Shown here piece by piece: positions 1 through 9,659 of a stretch of 64,000 nt of DNA; position 1 is the stretch's first letter, and each line of letters begins with the position of its first letter. The translations under genes were made by a program, and so were the position numbers. The notes under the pieces were generated by a model. The model ran no database searches. It had not been told where the DNA came from and worked only from the letters and a program-made list of their open reading frames with translations. The stretch is from a virus, in IMG/VR virus record IMGVR_UViG_3300022562_002256, positions 64,001 through 128,000 of that record; one strand, 5' to 3'.

Positions 1-940
1 GCTGAGGGCGCAGGAGAGCCGGGTCGAGCTTTGAGACGTCGTTCACAGTGAGCAGAACCGGCATGGTCGGAAACGACGCCTTGATCATCTCCAGGACAAA
101 GAGGATCCGTGCGCTCACCGCGTCCATCGGTGAGCGATCGAGGTCATCGATGATGAGAGCGGTCGGCCGCAGTGCGTCAATCATGAACGCAAGCTCGCGT
201 ACCCCCATGTGAGGCAGCGCGGCGGCGTCGATTTTGAGCGGTCGACCACCTACGCGTTGGGCGAATAATATAGCAAACACGCTCTTGCCGGACCCGGGCT
301 CACCGACACACAGAAACGTCCTATGGCGCCCGCGTGCCCGCGCGCGGTGGTAGTTGACCACCTGGTGCTCAAGGCGTTCGGTCGCCGCGCGCGTGAGCCG
401 ATCGAGTCGTAGCGGTGGGACTGGTCCGAACGTCATCTCGTGGCCATACCCCCGGTCGGAAACATCGACGGACATGTACAGCCCATTGGGGTAGCGTTCC
501 CATAGTCGGTCCACCACCTGGCCAAAGTCGAACTCAGGTGTGTGGTAGAACGACGGTGAGACGGCCCCCCGCCCCCAGTGGTGCTGCTCGAACAGCAGGA
601 TGTCCTCCCCGCGGCTCGCAAACACCAGGGTCGAATCGTCCACGTCAATAGGCGTGACATCGAACATCGTGTGGAGGTCCGCCATGAAGAACAGCCTCAC
701 GAACGCCTCCGAAGTGCGCGCGCGGAGGCCATAGCGAGCCACCATGTCCCGCACGTAGGTGTCTTTCCCGCCGCGCATCACCCCCCTTACCGCGTCGACG
801 ACGGCAAGCGACTTCGTGACTTTCGTCAGCCACGCGTCGTCCTTTTCCGGGAGTTTTTCGGCGATCTTGGTTGCGATTTTGAAAACCAGCTCGATCGTCG
901 CCCATGCCCGCCCGCGCGTGGGCCTTGTGTTCCCGGTCAT
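1..940 (-). CDS. AAA+ ATPase (3' end runs off the window)
   Basis: Not in the ORF track. Hand translation from ATG 940 (SD GAGGA; ATGA overlap with the upstream ORF) gives Walker A GEPGSGKS, Walker B ALIIDDLD, LLTVND and LDPALLRP. Confidence 0.85.
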   Translation of the reverse strand, partial: MTGNTRPTRGRAWATIELVFKIATKIAEKLPEKDDAWLTKVTKSLAVVDAVRGVMRGGKDTYVRDMVARYGLRARTSEAFVRLFFMADLHTMFDVTPIDVDDSTLVFASRGEDILLFEQHHWGRGAVSPSFYHTPEFDFGQVVDRLWERYPNGLYMSVDVSDRGYGHEMTFGPVPPLRLDRLTRAATERLEHQVVNYHRARARGRHRTFLCVGEPGSGKSVFAILFAQRVGGRPLKIDAAALPHMGVRELAFMIDALRPTALIIDDLDRSPMDAVSARILFVLEMIKASFPTMPVLLTVNDVSKLDPALLRPQ

Positions 941-1281
941 TGTTCCTCTATCCGTTCACGACGCTCTTGGTTCCACGCCCGCCATGCCCGTCGTCGCGCG
1001 GTCTTCACATCAACCGGCACGTGGCCGACCATAAACTTGTGCTCGCCCGTTGTCACGCCACTGACGAGCGTGATGAGGCACTGCTCGCACCGGCGTGTGT
1101 GCTTGCCGGGCGCGCGCAGTTGGTCGGCGGGGTACGTGCGACACTGCCCACACGCCCCCGTCATGCCACCACCACCGAACGATGGTCCCATCGCGTGCGC
1201 CGCACGCCGCCCGGGCAGCACCGTCCACGTGGCAGCCTTGATGCGCCGGTCGGCAGCGGCAAGATCAATTGTCGGCGTCAT
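937..1281 (-). CDS. Hypothetical protein with CxxC pairs
   Basis: CGQC and CEQC; start overlaps the recD2 stop; coupled to the AAA gene. Confidence 0.55.
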   Translation of the reverse strand: MTPTIDLAAADRRIKAATWTVLPGRRAAHAMGPSFGGGGMTGACGQCRTYPADQLRAPGKHTRRCEQCLITLVSGVTTGEHKFMVGHVPVDVKTARRRAWRAWNQERRERIEEQ

Positions 1282-3634
1282 CGAGCATTCCATCCAGTTC
1301 AGCGTCCCGGTTGCACCATTCAGCTTCTGCATCGTCGGTGTGCTCACACGTTGCAAGCCCCGTGCCAGCAACGGCCTCGCCCTTCAGCCGCGCGCACAGC
1401 CCCGTCCGCCTGAGTTCGCGCCGCACCTCCGCGAGAGCGACCCGCATCGCCCGCGGGTCCGACAGCATCACCACAAGCCGCTGGCCCCGCGTCACCGCTG
1501 TGTAAACGAGGTTGCGCGACAGCATCACCCAATGGCTGTTGATCACCGGCACCACCACCACCGGGGCCTGGCCGCCCTGCGATCGGTGGATGCTCATGGC
1601 GTACGCTAGAGTGACGTCGCTTACGTGCTTGTCCTCGTACTCGACGCGCCGTCCATCGAAATCGATCACCATCGCTGGTTCTTCGGCCTTGGGGTGGGAG
1701 CGGATAGACGCCACGAACCCCACGTCGCCGTTGAACACGTCGCGGCTGTAGTCGTTTCTGGTTTGGAGCACGCGGTCCCCTACGCGCAAGGTGGTCTTGC
1801 CCCGCGTGATCGCGGGGCCGACCGGGTTAAGTGCAGCCTGCAGCCGCTCGTTCAGCGCGAGCACGCCCGCGTCGCCCTTGTTCATCGGAGCGAGCACCTG
1901 GATGTCGCGCCGCGGGTTGACGCCATACGCTGCTGGTATCCGCGTCGCCACCAACATCGTGATCATGTCGGCCGCTGTGGGGCCGTCCCAGCGGCGCTCG
2001 ATGAGGTGGAAGTCCCCGGTGCCCTTGGGGCCCGTCTCCGGCGCGATACCCGCGTTGATGCGGTGAGCGTTGCGCGTGATGAGGCTCCCTTCCGCCTGCC
2101 GAAAGATCTGGGTCAGTCGCACAGTGGGGACCGCGCCCGAGTCGATGATGTCCCGGAGTACCGCCCCCGGACCGACGCTTGGAAGCTGGTCCACGTCACC
2201 CACAAACACCACCCGCGCGCCGTCGCGAAGCGCGTCAAGAAGGCTGTCTGTGAGCTGAATGTCGCACATGGAGCTCTCGTCGACGATGATCGCATGATCG
2301 TCGAGCGGCGAGGCATGGCCCGCGAAAAAGCCCTCGCAGCCCGGGTCCCATTGCAACAGCCGGTGGATGGTCGTGGCCTGCCGTTTCGTCGCCTCGCTCA
2401 TGCGCTTCGCAGCCCGACCCGTCGGCGCCGCCAGCGAATACTCTAGTCTTGCGCACTCATAAAGTTTTATGATGGCGCGAACGAGATGGGTCTTCCCCGT
2501 CCCGGGGCCGCCGGTCACCACCAACACCTTGTGCCTCGCTGCGGCGCGGACGGCCTCTTTCTGGGCGGGGGCGAGTGTCGTGCCCCCCTCAGCCTCAAAC
2601 GAGGCGATGGCGTCGTCTACGGCCGCCTCCATCGCCGGCGCGGGGGTTCCATCGGGGAGCGGCTTACCCGGACTGGCATCCGTGTCGAGCAGTGCACGCA
2701 GTCTCGCGGCGACCCGCCTTTCCGCCGCATGAAGGGCGGCGAGGTACACCACGTCGTCGGACGTTACGCCTCCGTCACGATCAACCACGACCAGGCCGTC
2801 GCGCTCCAATGCCGTGACGCCTTCCCATGCGCGGGTCGCTGTGCAGTCGAGCAACTCCATCGCCGCGCGCGCGAGGTCCTCACTCGGCGTGTAGCAGTGC
2901 CCGTCGCCGCTATGCTCAATCAGGCAGTGAAGCACCCCCGCCGCCGCGCGATCGAGCGAGTCCCGCGGCACACCGAGGCGCTGCGCGATCTCGTCTGCGG
3001 TCTTGAAACCGATCCCCGAAATATCGAGCGCAAGCCGATAGGGGTTCTTCGTAACCACCTCAATGGTCCGTGCCCCGTAGCGCTTGTGGATGCGGTGTGC
3101 GAGCGCGCTCGTGATGCCGTGACCCTGAAGCCAGATGAGCACCGTCCCCACGGCCTTCTGCTCGATCCACGCCCGTTGGAGGGCCTCCGCTCGCTCCTTG
3201 CCGAGTCGCTTGACCTCACGCGCCACCCGGGCCGGGTCTTGCTCGAGCACATCGAGCGTCGCGGCGCCGAACCTGGCTACGATCCGCTCAGCGAGCCGAG
3301 GGCCCACACCCGACACGATCCCACTGCCGAGAAACCCGGCGATCCCATCGGTGGTCTGTGGCGCGAGTGGCACGACGAGCGCGGTCTCAAACTGCCGCCC
3401 GAACCTCGGGTTGTCGACCCAAGTTCCGAGTCCACGCACGGCGGCCCCCCCCGTGACGCTGGGCATGATGCCAACCCACGTCTGGATGTCCCCCCCAACC
3501 TCAACAGAGAGAACACGGTAGCCGCTGTCCGGGTTGGCGAATCGCTCCCGAACGACGCGCCCCTCCTGCGAAATGGGCGCGGTCATGCCAGGAAACAACT
3601 CATGTTGCTCGTCAGTCATCTCGCCCGACATCAT
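1265..3634 (-). CDS. recD2: RecD2-like SF1B helicase
   Basis: N-terminal OB and HhH region (SGVGPRLAERIV, NPYRLALDISGIGFKTAD), GGPGTGKT, IIVDESSM, VGDVDQLPSVGPG, LAYAMSIHRSQG; start taken at MMSGEM. Confidence 0.93.
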   Translation of the reverse strand: MMSGEMTDEQHELFPGMTAPISQEGRVVRERFANPDSGYRVLSVEVGGDIQTWVGIMPSVTGGAAVRGLGTWVDNPRFGRQFETALVVPLAPQTTDGIAGFLGSGIVSGVGPRLAERIVARFGAATLDVLEQDPARVAREVKRLGKERAEALQRAWIEQKAVGTVLIWLQGHGITSALAHRIHKRYGARTIEVVTKNPYRLALDISGIGFKTADEIAQRLGVPRDSLDRAAAGVLHCLIEHSGDGHCYTPSEDLARAAMELLDCTATRAWEGVTALERDGLVVVDRDGGVTSDDVVYLAALHAAERRVAARLRALLDTDASPGKPLPDGTPAPAMEAAVDDAIASFEAEGGTTLAPAQKEAVRAAARHKVLVVTGGPGTGKTHLVRAIIKLYECARLEYSLAAPTGRAAKRMSEATKRQATTIHRLLQWDPGCEGFFAGHASPLDDHAIIVDESSMCDIQLTDSLLDALRDGARVVFVGDVDQLPSVGPGAVLRDIIDSGAVPTVRLTQIFRQAEGSLITRNAHRINAGIAPETGPKGTGDFHLIERRWDGPTAADMITMLVATRIPAAYGVNPRRDIQVLAPMNKGDAGVLALNERLQAALNPVGPAITRGKTTLRVGDRVLQTRNDYSRDVFNGDVGFVASIRSHPKAEEPAMVIDFDGRRVEYEDKHVSDVTLAYAMSIHRSQGGQAPVVVVPVINSHWVMLSRNLVYTAVTRGQRLVVMLSDPRAMRVALAEVRRELRRTGLCARLKGEAVAGTGLATCEHTDDAEAEWCNRDAELDGMLDDADN

Positions 3635-3784
3635 CGAAACGCAGCATCCCCCTGCGCGCGAGTTTGCGAAATTGTGCCGCCTGTCCCGCGCCGGTGGGAT
3701 AGATCCCCGCACGGAACCGGCGCTCCAAGTCGGCCGCCCTCGCCAGAGTCAAAGCGTCGGCATCTACCACCGATTTTCGGTCCC

Positions 3785-4042
3785 TCACCACAGCGCATCC
3801 CCCCCGCCGCCCGGCTTCTCGCTGTCACGAACTGCGATAATCCGCACGGCAGCCCCGATGACATCATCGATGAACGCGAGCCCCGCAGGTGTGCCTGCGT
3901 CCACCTCAGCCGCCATCTCCGCAGCGGTGAGCCGCTGGCCGTCGGACGCGCGGACAAAACGCGGCGAACCATCGTAGGCGGCTCGCCGGCGCAGCGCGTC
4001 GGCCACTGCCCCGTGGACATTGACGGGGCTAACCGTCTCCAC
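3785..4042 (-). CDS. Hypothetical protein
   Basis: Protein-like ORF in the leftward operon. Confidence 0.55.
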   Translation of the reverse strand: METVSPVNVHGAVADALRRRAAYDGSPRFVRASDGQRLTAAEMAAEVDAGTPAGLAFIDDVIGAAVRIIAVRDSEKPGGGGDALW

Positions 4043-4406
4043 CGCCGCGATCCCCCCCCCTTGCGCGCGGGAGCCTCCACCCGTGAGTCAGCGCGGCGAT
4101 CTCCCACTTCTGCAACATGCGGCCAGTTCTCCACACTACCCTGATAGCAGTCGCGGCGCGCTGCGCGGCTCGTGCCGTTGCGAAAACGAACTCGCCTTCC
4201 GGGACCGTCCGCTTCGCGGCAAACGGGGCGGCGACCTTGCACGCCGCCCACGCCATCCAATGATCGCGGTCCTTCAACCTGCACGGCTCTTTCTTCGGCT
4301 GGCACTGGCCGATCCATGGCTTAGAGAAGGCGTCGGTGTACCCAACCACATCATAGGCCAGGGCGTAAGACCCGTCGCCCCGCGGCCAACATCTCAGCGC
4401 ACTCAT
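4029..4406 (-). CDS. Hypothetical protein
   Basis: Operon context; start MSALRC. Confidence 0.5.
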   Translation of the reverse strand: MSALRCWPRGDGSYALAYDVVGYTDAFSKPWIGQCQPKKEPCRLKDRDHWMAWAACKVAAPFAAKRTVPEGEFVFATARAAQRAATAIRVVWRTGRMLQKWEIAALTHGWRLPRARGGDRGGGDG

Positions 4407-4411
4407 TCCTG

Positions 4412-4840
4412 TCACCACATCCCCTTCGACACCAGCACACCACTGAGGTGCTCCACCCCAACCGAGTAGGCCGTCCACACGCTGACGGCCTCGGCCTCAC
4501 TCATGTTGCGAAGTCGGCCACTCTCCCACCACAGGATACGTCTGCGCACATCGGCGGCGCTTTCGATCGGTAGGCGGTCGACCATTGCCCGGTTCATTGT
4601 GGGGATGACAATCGTCTCAGGAGTGCCTTGCGTGCTGAGCCACTCCTCAATGTCGCGCCAGTGCATCGTGTTGGTGTCGCCGCGCCACACCCAGTCGTTG
4701 CGCGGCGCGTCGTGCTCTTGTCGAACCAGCCACGCCACGCAGTCGGGTACGCCGTGGCCATCCACCGACCAATGGCGCATTAGCACAACGACCGGCCCTG
4801 TCGTGACGTCGCACCCACCGAGTCGCACGGGCTCTGTCAC
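4412..4840 (-). CDS. Hypothetical protein
   Basis: Coupled ORF, Trp-rich. Confidence 0.55.
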   Translation of the reverse strand: MTEPVRLGGCDVTTGPVVVLMRHWSVDGHGVPDCVAWLVRQEHDAPRNDWVWRGDTNTMHWRDIEEWLSTQGTPETIVIPTMNRAMVDRLPIESAADVRRRILWWESGRLRNMSEAEAVSVWTAYSVGVEHLSGVLVSKGMW

Positions 4841-5199
4841 GGGGCTCTCCTGGGTTGCGGTGTCACCGTGACGCGAAACTCCGCGTGTCGCTCACGGAGC
4901 CACATCCCCGCCTGTTCAGCCGATATCGGCATGCGGATGTCACGATGGGTCGCCACGTCCTCGAGCAGTGCGACGTTGCCGTCGTCGGTGTGCTCAACAC
5001 AGATGAGGACAGCCCGGTACTCGACCGGCCACAGCGGCGATTCGATGGCGTCTTGAAGGTCCCGCTCGGCATCGCGTAGTTCGCGCAACAGGCGGGCTGG
5101 CGGTGCCGGGGGGCGGTCGCCGCCGGAGTAGGACTCGACTCTCGCGCGAAGGGTGAGCACGCGGGCCCGCAGTTCGGACAGTGTGGCCGTCGACCTCAT
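4837..5199 (-). CDS. Hypothetical protein
   Basis: ATGA overlaps on both ends. Confidence 0.55.
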   Translation of the reverse strand: MRSTATLSELRARVLTLRARVESYSGGDRPPAPPARLLRELRDAERDLQDAIESPLWPVEYRAVLICVEHTDDGNVALLEDVATHRDIRMPISAEQAGMWLRERHAEFRVTVTPQPRRAP

Positions 5200-5477
5200 C
5201 GGGTGGTGTCCACGTCGACGGCCGCAGGCGCCGCGCACTGGTCCGTCACCGTAAAGCAGAACGACGTCGTGTACTCGACGCGGGTTGTCCATTCCACCCG
5301 GAAGCGCCACTGATCACCTTCGGCCGTAGCCACGTCCACATGAGTCTCCCCATGAGGGTTGTCGCCGCGAACATCCGCGGCGTACATCATTGCCGCATCC
5401 CGGGCGTTGCGTGCCACCAGGGGCACCCACTCGCCACCTGGCACGCGGCACTCGAAAGAATGATGTATCGTGGTCAT
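5196..5477 (-). CDS. Hypothetical protein, probably leaderless
   Basis: ATG 6 nt after the TATCGT -10 box. Confidence 0.65.
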   Translation of the reverse strand: MTTIHHSFECRVPGGEWVPLVARNARDAAMMYAADVRGDNPHGETHVDVATAEGDQWRFRVEWTTRVEYTTSFCFTVTDQCAAPAAVDVDTTR

Positions 5478-5483
5478 GCGACC

Positions 5484-5512
5484 ACGATAACCACGAGCCG
5501 GTCAGATCGCAA
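5484..5512 (-). promoter_or_regulatory. sigma-70-type promoter TTGCGA-N17-TATCGT with overlapping inverted repeat at 5466-5489
   Basis: TGGT directly precedes the -10 box; TATCGTGGTC-N4-GACCACGATA covers the -10 box and start codon. Confidence 0.65.
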
Positions 5513-5524
5513 TGGCGTCGGCCG

Positions 5525-6265
5525 TCAGAAGGGGAGGTCGTCGTCCGAGCCGGTGCCGTACCCCCCCCCGGCGTAGGGGTCATCCTGGGGTGGACTTGCC
5601 GGCGTGGTGGCCCGACGTGGGTGGCTCATCGGCCGCTCGCCACTCCCGCCGTCCGCTCTTCCTCCCCCGCTCCTTCTCGCCAACTCGGCATCAATCGACG
5701 CGAGTTGCAAGCGGGCCTTGCTGTGGTACTTGGCCTTTTCGGGGTCAGCGATGTCCCCCTCGAGCTTGCCGCGCAACCACGCGAGATCAGCGACCGCGCT
5801 GATCTTTTTGCCCTTGTCGTTGCCGAATCCAACGACAAAGTCGCCCGCGGTCGCTGGACCTCCACCATGGTGCGAGCCTCCTGCCGCTGGCGGCGAGGCT
5901 GCGCTGCCCCCCCCCGCGTTCTCCCCTGCACCGCTCCCACCACAGAGCACCACGTTCGTCGCCACGATCTCGACCTTGTACCGCTTGTTGCCGTCGCGGT
6001 CGTCGTAGCTCGAGGTGCGGAGCGACCCTTCGACGTAGAGGCGGCTCCCTTTGCCGACTACCTTCGCGAGCCCTTCGCCCCGCCGGGCCCACACCACGAC
6101 CGAATGCCATTCGGTGCGTTCCTGGACGTTCTTGTCCTTGTCCACGTAACTCTCGGTCGTGGCAAGGCGCATGTTGAGCACGGCTTGTCCCGCTTGCGTG
6201 AATCGCAATTCGGGGTCGGCCCCGAGGTAGCCCAGCAGGAGCACCCGGTTGACACCGGTGCTCAT
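5525..6265 (-). CDS. ssb: Single-stranded DNA-binding protein with an inserted domain
   Basis: NRVLLLGYLGADPELRFT, TEWHSVVVW, LYVEGSLRT, acidic DDDLPF tail. Confidence 0.95.
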   Translation of the reverse strand: MSTGVNRVLLLGYLGADPELRFTQAGQAVLNMRLATTESYVDKDKNVQERTEWHSVVVWARRGEGLAKVVGKGSRLYVEGSLRTSSYDDRDGNKRYKVEIVATNVVLCGGSGAGENAGGGSAASPPAAGGSHHGGGPATAGDFVVGFGNDKGKKISAVADLAWLRGKLEGDIADPEKAKYHSKARLQLASIDAELARRSGGGRADGGSGERPMSHPRRATTPASPPQDDPYAGGGYGTGSDDDLPF

Positions 6266-6447
6266 AGTGCGCCCCCCCAATTCCACACCAGGCGCACGAG
6301 CAACGTCAGCGCTGCAATCGCTGTGACCAGCGCAAACAGCGCGGCCATCCACCCGGCCGCGCGCTTCAGCCTCCCGCGCCACGACCGCGCCTCTCGCGCT
6401 CTCGCCGCCTCAGACTGCGTCCTCACCCATCCTATCGTTGCACTCAT
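6262..6447 (-). CDS. Small membrane protein
   Basis: One hydrophobic segment; TGA overlaps the ssb ATG. Confidence 0.5.
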   Translation of the reverse strand: MSATIGWVRTQSEAARAREARSWRGRLKRAAGWMAALFALVTAIAALTLLVRLVWNWGGAL

Positions 6448-6585
6448 GTGTTCCCTTTCGAGGCGGCTCCGGTGTGTCCGCCTCCGTTGTGGACAGCATA
6501 ACCACCCACCGCTGTGTCGCAACGGCCCGTCACGCGTCGACGCGTCAGCCTAGCCCATTCTTGTCCTGGATGCGACGGGTGTCGC

Positions 6586-7413
6586 TCATCGGCTGAGTAG
6601 CACGAAGCGGTGATCATCACCGTCGATGCCCCGCTCGGGCTCCGCGACGACGCGCGCCCCGCGTCGCGTCATGGCGTTGAGCACGCCAACCCAATCGGTC
6701 GATGACGGGCTGACGCCCGCGCGCTCGAGGCGGGGCACGATCTCGCCTCGCCACAGCAAGCCGAGCGGGCCAGATGAGCACAACTCGTAGAACACCGCAC
6801 CGGCCAGCAGAACCACGTCGATCCCCTCACCCCTCCCGATAGGGTGCGACCGCGCGAGCGTTGCGGCGTGGCGACACTCTGGCGTGGGTGATACAACGTC
6901 GTAGCCAGCATCCCGAAGGACGGACCACGCTCGCAGAAGAGTGGAGGCTGTCGACGGCTCCCACCGCGCTGCCCGCGACGGGCCGCCGCCCTCGCCCCAG
7001 AACAGCGCCCACCGAGCGGGCTCCCCGGGGGCGACATCAACGACCACCCCTGGAGCCCCACCGCGCCCAGTCGGTATGCCCGCCTGGCGGAGCACGGCAT
7101 TGGCGTGCGCGAGCGCCGCTGGGCGAGACGTAGCATTGGCGCTGAGCACGGGCCGGCCGGGCGGTGTGCAGAACGACGTCGGACCGAGATCATCGAGTGG
7201 CAGTCCGGTCAGCTCACGGAGCACGCACCATGCGGCCCAGCGAGGCCAGCCCCCCTGCTCGGGCCACTTGAATTGGCGACCAAACAGTTGGCGCGCGTAG
7301 ATGTCGGCGACGACAGCCAGTTGCCATTGGCTTGGGCTGTCCCCGCCGCCGACGGCCAGCGCGTGCCGAAGCAGCGCCCGTCGCACGACCTGGGGGTCAT
7401 CGTGTGCGCTCAC
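6586..7413 (-). CDS. Hypothetical protein
   Basis: 275-aa ORF downstream of a promoter. Confidence 0.6.
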   Translation of the reverse strand: MSAHDDPQVVRRALLRHALAVGGGDSPSQWQLAVVADIYARQLFGRQFKWPEQGGWPRWAAWCVLRELTGLPLDDLGPTSFCTPPGRPVLSANATSRPAALAHANAVLRQAGIPTGRGGAPGVVVDVAPGEPARWALFWGEGGGPSRAARWEPSTASTLLRAWSVLRDAGYDVVSPTPECRHAATLARSHPIGRGEGIDVVLLAGAVFYELCSSGPLGLLWRGEIVPRLERAGVSPSSTDWVGVLNAMTRRGARVVAEPERGIDGDDHRFVLLSR

Positions 7414-7468
7414 GGGTGCCCCGCAAGCGACCGAAGGTATCGTCTCATAGGCTCATTCCTTCTCCCGA

Positions 7469-7497
7469 CCAATAACCATCCAACGTCGCCTCGTCAA
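7469..7497 (-). promoter_or_regulatory. Promoter TTGACG-N17-TATTGG (TGGTTA class)
   Basis: Read from the reverse strand; SD GGAGAAGG follows. Confidence 0.55.
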
Positions 7498-7823
7498 TCG
7501 GACACCGTGCCCCACAGCCCGAGCTGCCCGCCGCGCAAGCCGACACGTGCGCGACGCGTGGCCCACGCCTTCGCCATGCGCGCTACCGCTCCAACGCGGA
7601 GCCTGCACCGGCGGCAATATCCGCGATGTGGTGGCCCAGTCGTGCGCCCCACGACGTCGCGCGCTGGCTTGCCACACCCCGCCGCACAAGCACCCCGCTG
7701 CTCGGTCAACACCCGGGCCCGCTCGCGCCGCCACTCGGGGCCGGTCATGGCGTGATTATTGCAGAACGGTGAGCGCGGCAGGGGGGGCAGCCGCGTCGAC
7801 GTGGTAGTAAACCGTCTCATCAT
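7494..7823 (-). CDS. Hypothetical Cys-containing protein
   Basis: CAAGC and CRRC; ATGA overlap with the upstream gene; alternative start at 7748. Confidence 0.45.
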   Translation of the reverse strand: MMRRFTTTSTRLPPLPRSPFCNNHAMTGPEWRRERARVLTEQRGACAAGCGKPARDVVGRTTGPPHRGYCRRCRLRVGAVARMAKAWATRRARVGLRGGQLGLWGTVSD

Positions 7824-9069
7824 TGACGGCGTTGACTCCGGAGGTCAGACGGCCCTCGGCGATGAGCTCGGTGGCGAGGTCGGGAAGGATCGTAAGGGCG
7901 TCGCAGCTCGGCACGACATCGGCTGACGCCTCGATGGCCGCTCCGAGCTGCGATCGCTCTACGCCGGCAGCGGCAGCAGCGAGGATACTCTCCTCGAGGA
8001 GTTCCTTGAGGTTGGCCCGAAGTGCGCCTGTGATCGCCAGCCTTGGCGGCGGCGCTGCCGTGGTCGGCGAGGGAGGGGGCTCCGGGGTATCGACCGATGG
8101 CACGCTCACCAGCGTGCCCAGCCGCCCCTTCTCCCCCTCGCACAGATCGTATGTCGATGCCTTCGCGATGTCGGCTTCGCTCATCTCGCGAGCCGCGTAT
8201 TCGTGCCCTGTGGCGAGCACGCCGGCAGTCGTCGGGCTGATGCCAGCCGTGAACAGGGCCCGCGCTTCTTCGGTGTCCACGGTGTCCAGCGGGCCGTTGA
8301 CCGCGATGACCAGTCGCACGGCGGCCGTGGGAGCGTTCCACGCGTTCGACTCGGTGGACACAAACGTCGGGGCGGCCGGGGTGTCCCCACCAGCGTAGGG
8401 CCCCGGAGCCGACGGTGTGGACGGCGCCGCCACGGCCTCCAGTTTGGCTTTCTTGGGGCGCTTGGCTTTCTTGGCGGGTTCACTCCCGGCCTCCGTGTCA
8501 TCGTCGGCGGTGGCGTCATTCCCGGCGCCGGAAGGGGCATCGAGGAGTTCATCGAGCGGCCCGACCACTTTGAGCAGCGCTTCGAGCGCTGCATCGGGCT
8601 CGAGGGCGCCGAGGTACTCATCGAGGTTGCCTGGGTCCTGCGACTCGAGCTCGGGGATGGCGGGGGCTGGCACGTCGGGGGCGGCGTCGACACCGGGGAG
8701 AGGCGTCTGCGCGCGCCGCCGGAGCCACTCCGACTCTTTCGATGTGATGCGGCGTGGCTCGCCCACCACCTCGTTCGTGTCCTCGCGAACGACGTAGACC
8801 ATGCCCGCATCGGTGTCGATCTCGACACGGCAGTCGACTCCGACGAAAATGGTCTTCGCTTCCCATCGCGGAAGCAAGCCGAAGATGTCCTCGTCGATCC
8901 GCTTCACCTTGTCGCCAAGGACTTTGGTGGCGGCGGCCTTCAGCGCTTTGACCTCTTTGTGGCGCCGCAGCAGCCTTTTTACCGCTTGCCCAATGCGGAG
9001 ATCCTCCTCCGCCGTCATCTTCGTCTCGACCGTGCGGCGTGCGGTCCCCATCAAGATCCGATCTGCCAT
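7756..9069 (-). CDS. Hypothetical protein with acidic, Pro-rich linker
   Basis: 437 aa; SD GGAG; first gene after the leftward promoter. Confidence 0.7.
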   Translation of the reverse strand: MADRILMGTARRTVETKMTAEEDLRIGQAVKRLLRRHKEVKALKAAATKVLGDKVKRIDEDIFGLLPRWEAKTIFVGVDCRVEIDTDAGMVYVVREDTNEVVGEPRRITSKESEWLRRRAQTPLPGVDAAPDVPAPAIPELESQDPGNLDEYLGALEPDAALEALLKVVGPLDELLDAPSGAGNDATADDDTEAGSEPAKKAKRPKKAKLEAVAAPSTPSAPGPYAGGDTPAAPTFVSTESNAWNAPTAAVRLVIAVNGPLDTVDTEEARALFTAGISPTTAGVLATGHEYAAREMSEADIAKASTYDLCEGEKGRLGTLVSVPSVDTPEPPPSPTTAAPPPRLAITGALRANLKELLEESILAAAAAGVERSQLGAAIEASADVVPSCDALTILPDLATELIAEGRLTSGVNAVNDETVYYHVDAAAPPAALTVLQ

Positions 9070-9123
9070 GTAATCTCCTCGTTTTGCGTGGCGCCCACGA
9101 GCGGCGCACCCTCGTGATGCGGC

Positions 9124-9194
9124 AGGCTAACCACTCTGTCGGCTCTCCGCAAGTCGACAATGCCCTTGACACGTCGCCGCGGCATGGTTAGGGT
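9124..9194. promoter_or_regulatory. Back-to-back divergent promoters: TTGCGG-N17-TAGCCT (-, 9124-9152) and TTGACA-N17-TAGGGT (+, 9166-9194)
   Basis: At the strand switch; both have TGGT before the -10 box. Confidence 0.75.
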
Positions 9195-9207
9195 CAAACC
9201 GGAAGCA

Positions 9208-9657
9208 ATGACCACCTATTTCGACCAAATGGAGGAGGCGCTCCGGGCGGTGGACACTGGGTCCACCGAGGCGATGGACATGCTCTGGGACATCGACGCG
9301 CGCATCGTCCGCGACGTCTCCTTGGCTGCGGTCTTTCCGCCTGTACCGGCACGCGGCGCGAGCCCCGCTCGTGGTGGATGTCCACCCGCGTTCGCACGTG
9401 CGATCCATCGCATGGTGGCGGAGCATAGCCTTGTGGCGTGGGACGGGCGGCCGAATGGGCCAGACTATCCCGACGAGCGCGCCCACCGAGACGCGCTGCT
9501 TCAGATGGCGTGGAATTTGCATCTTCTTTTTCACGACCTTGCCCACGACCCGGATTGGCCCTACGGTGACAACCCCATCGTACCCCTGGACTACCTGTTG
9601 GGCGACGCCGCCGAGGGGTGGGACGAGTTCATCCCAACACCGGAACTCCTGCCCTGA
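9208..9657 (+). CDS. Hypothetical protein
   Basis: First ORF of the rightward unit. Confidence 0.6.
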   Translation: MTTYFDQMEEALRAVDTGSTEAMDMLWDIDARIVRDVSLAAVFPPVPARGASPARGGCPPAFARAIHRMVAEHSLVAWDGRPNGPDYPDERAHRDALLQMAWNLHLLFHDLAHDPDWPYGDNPIVPLDYLLGDAAEGWDEFIPTPELLP

Positions 9658-9659
9658 AC

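Noticed and set aside
1352-1367. Canonical TGGCAC-GGGGC-TTGCA on the minus strand
   Set aside because: Inside recD2 coding sequence, with the next ATG 21 nt away; could be an internal promoter but not counted
578-4144. Long plus-strand ORFs 578..1609 and 2486..4144
   Set aside because: Shadows of the AAA ATPase and recD2
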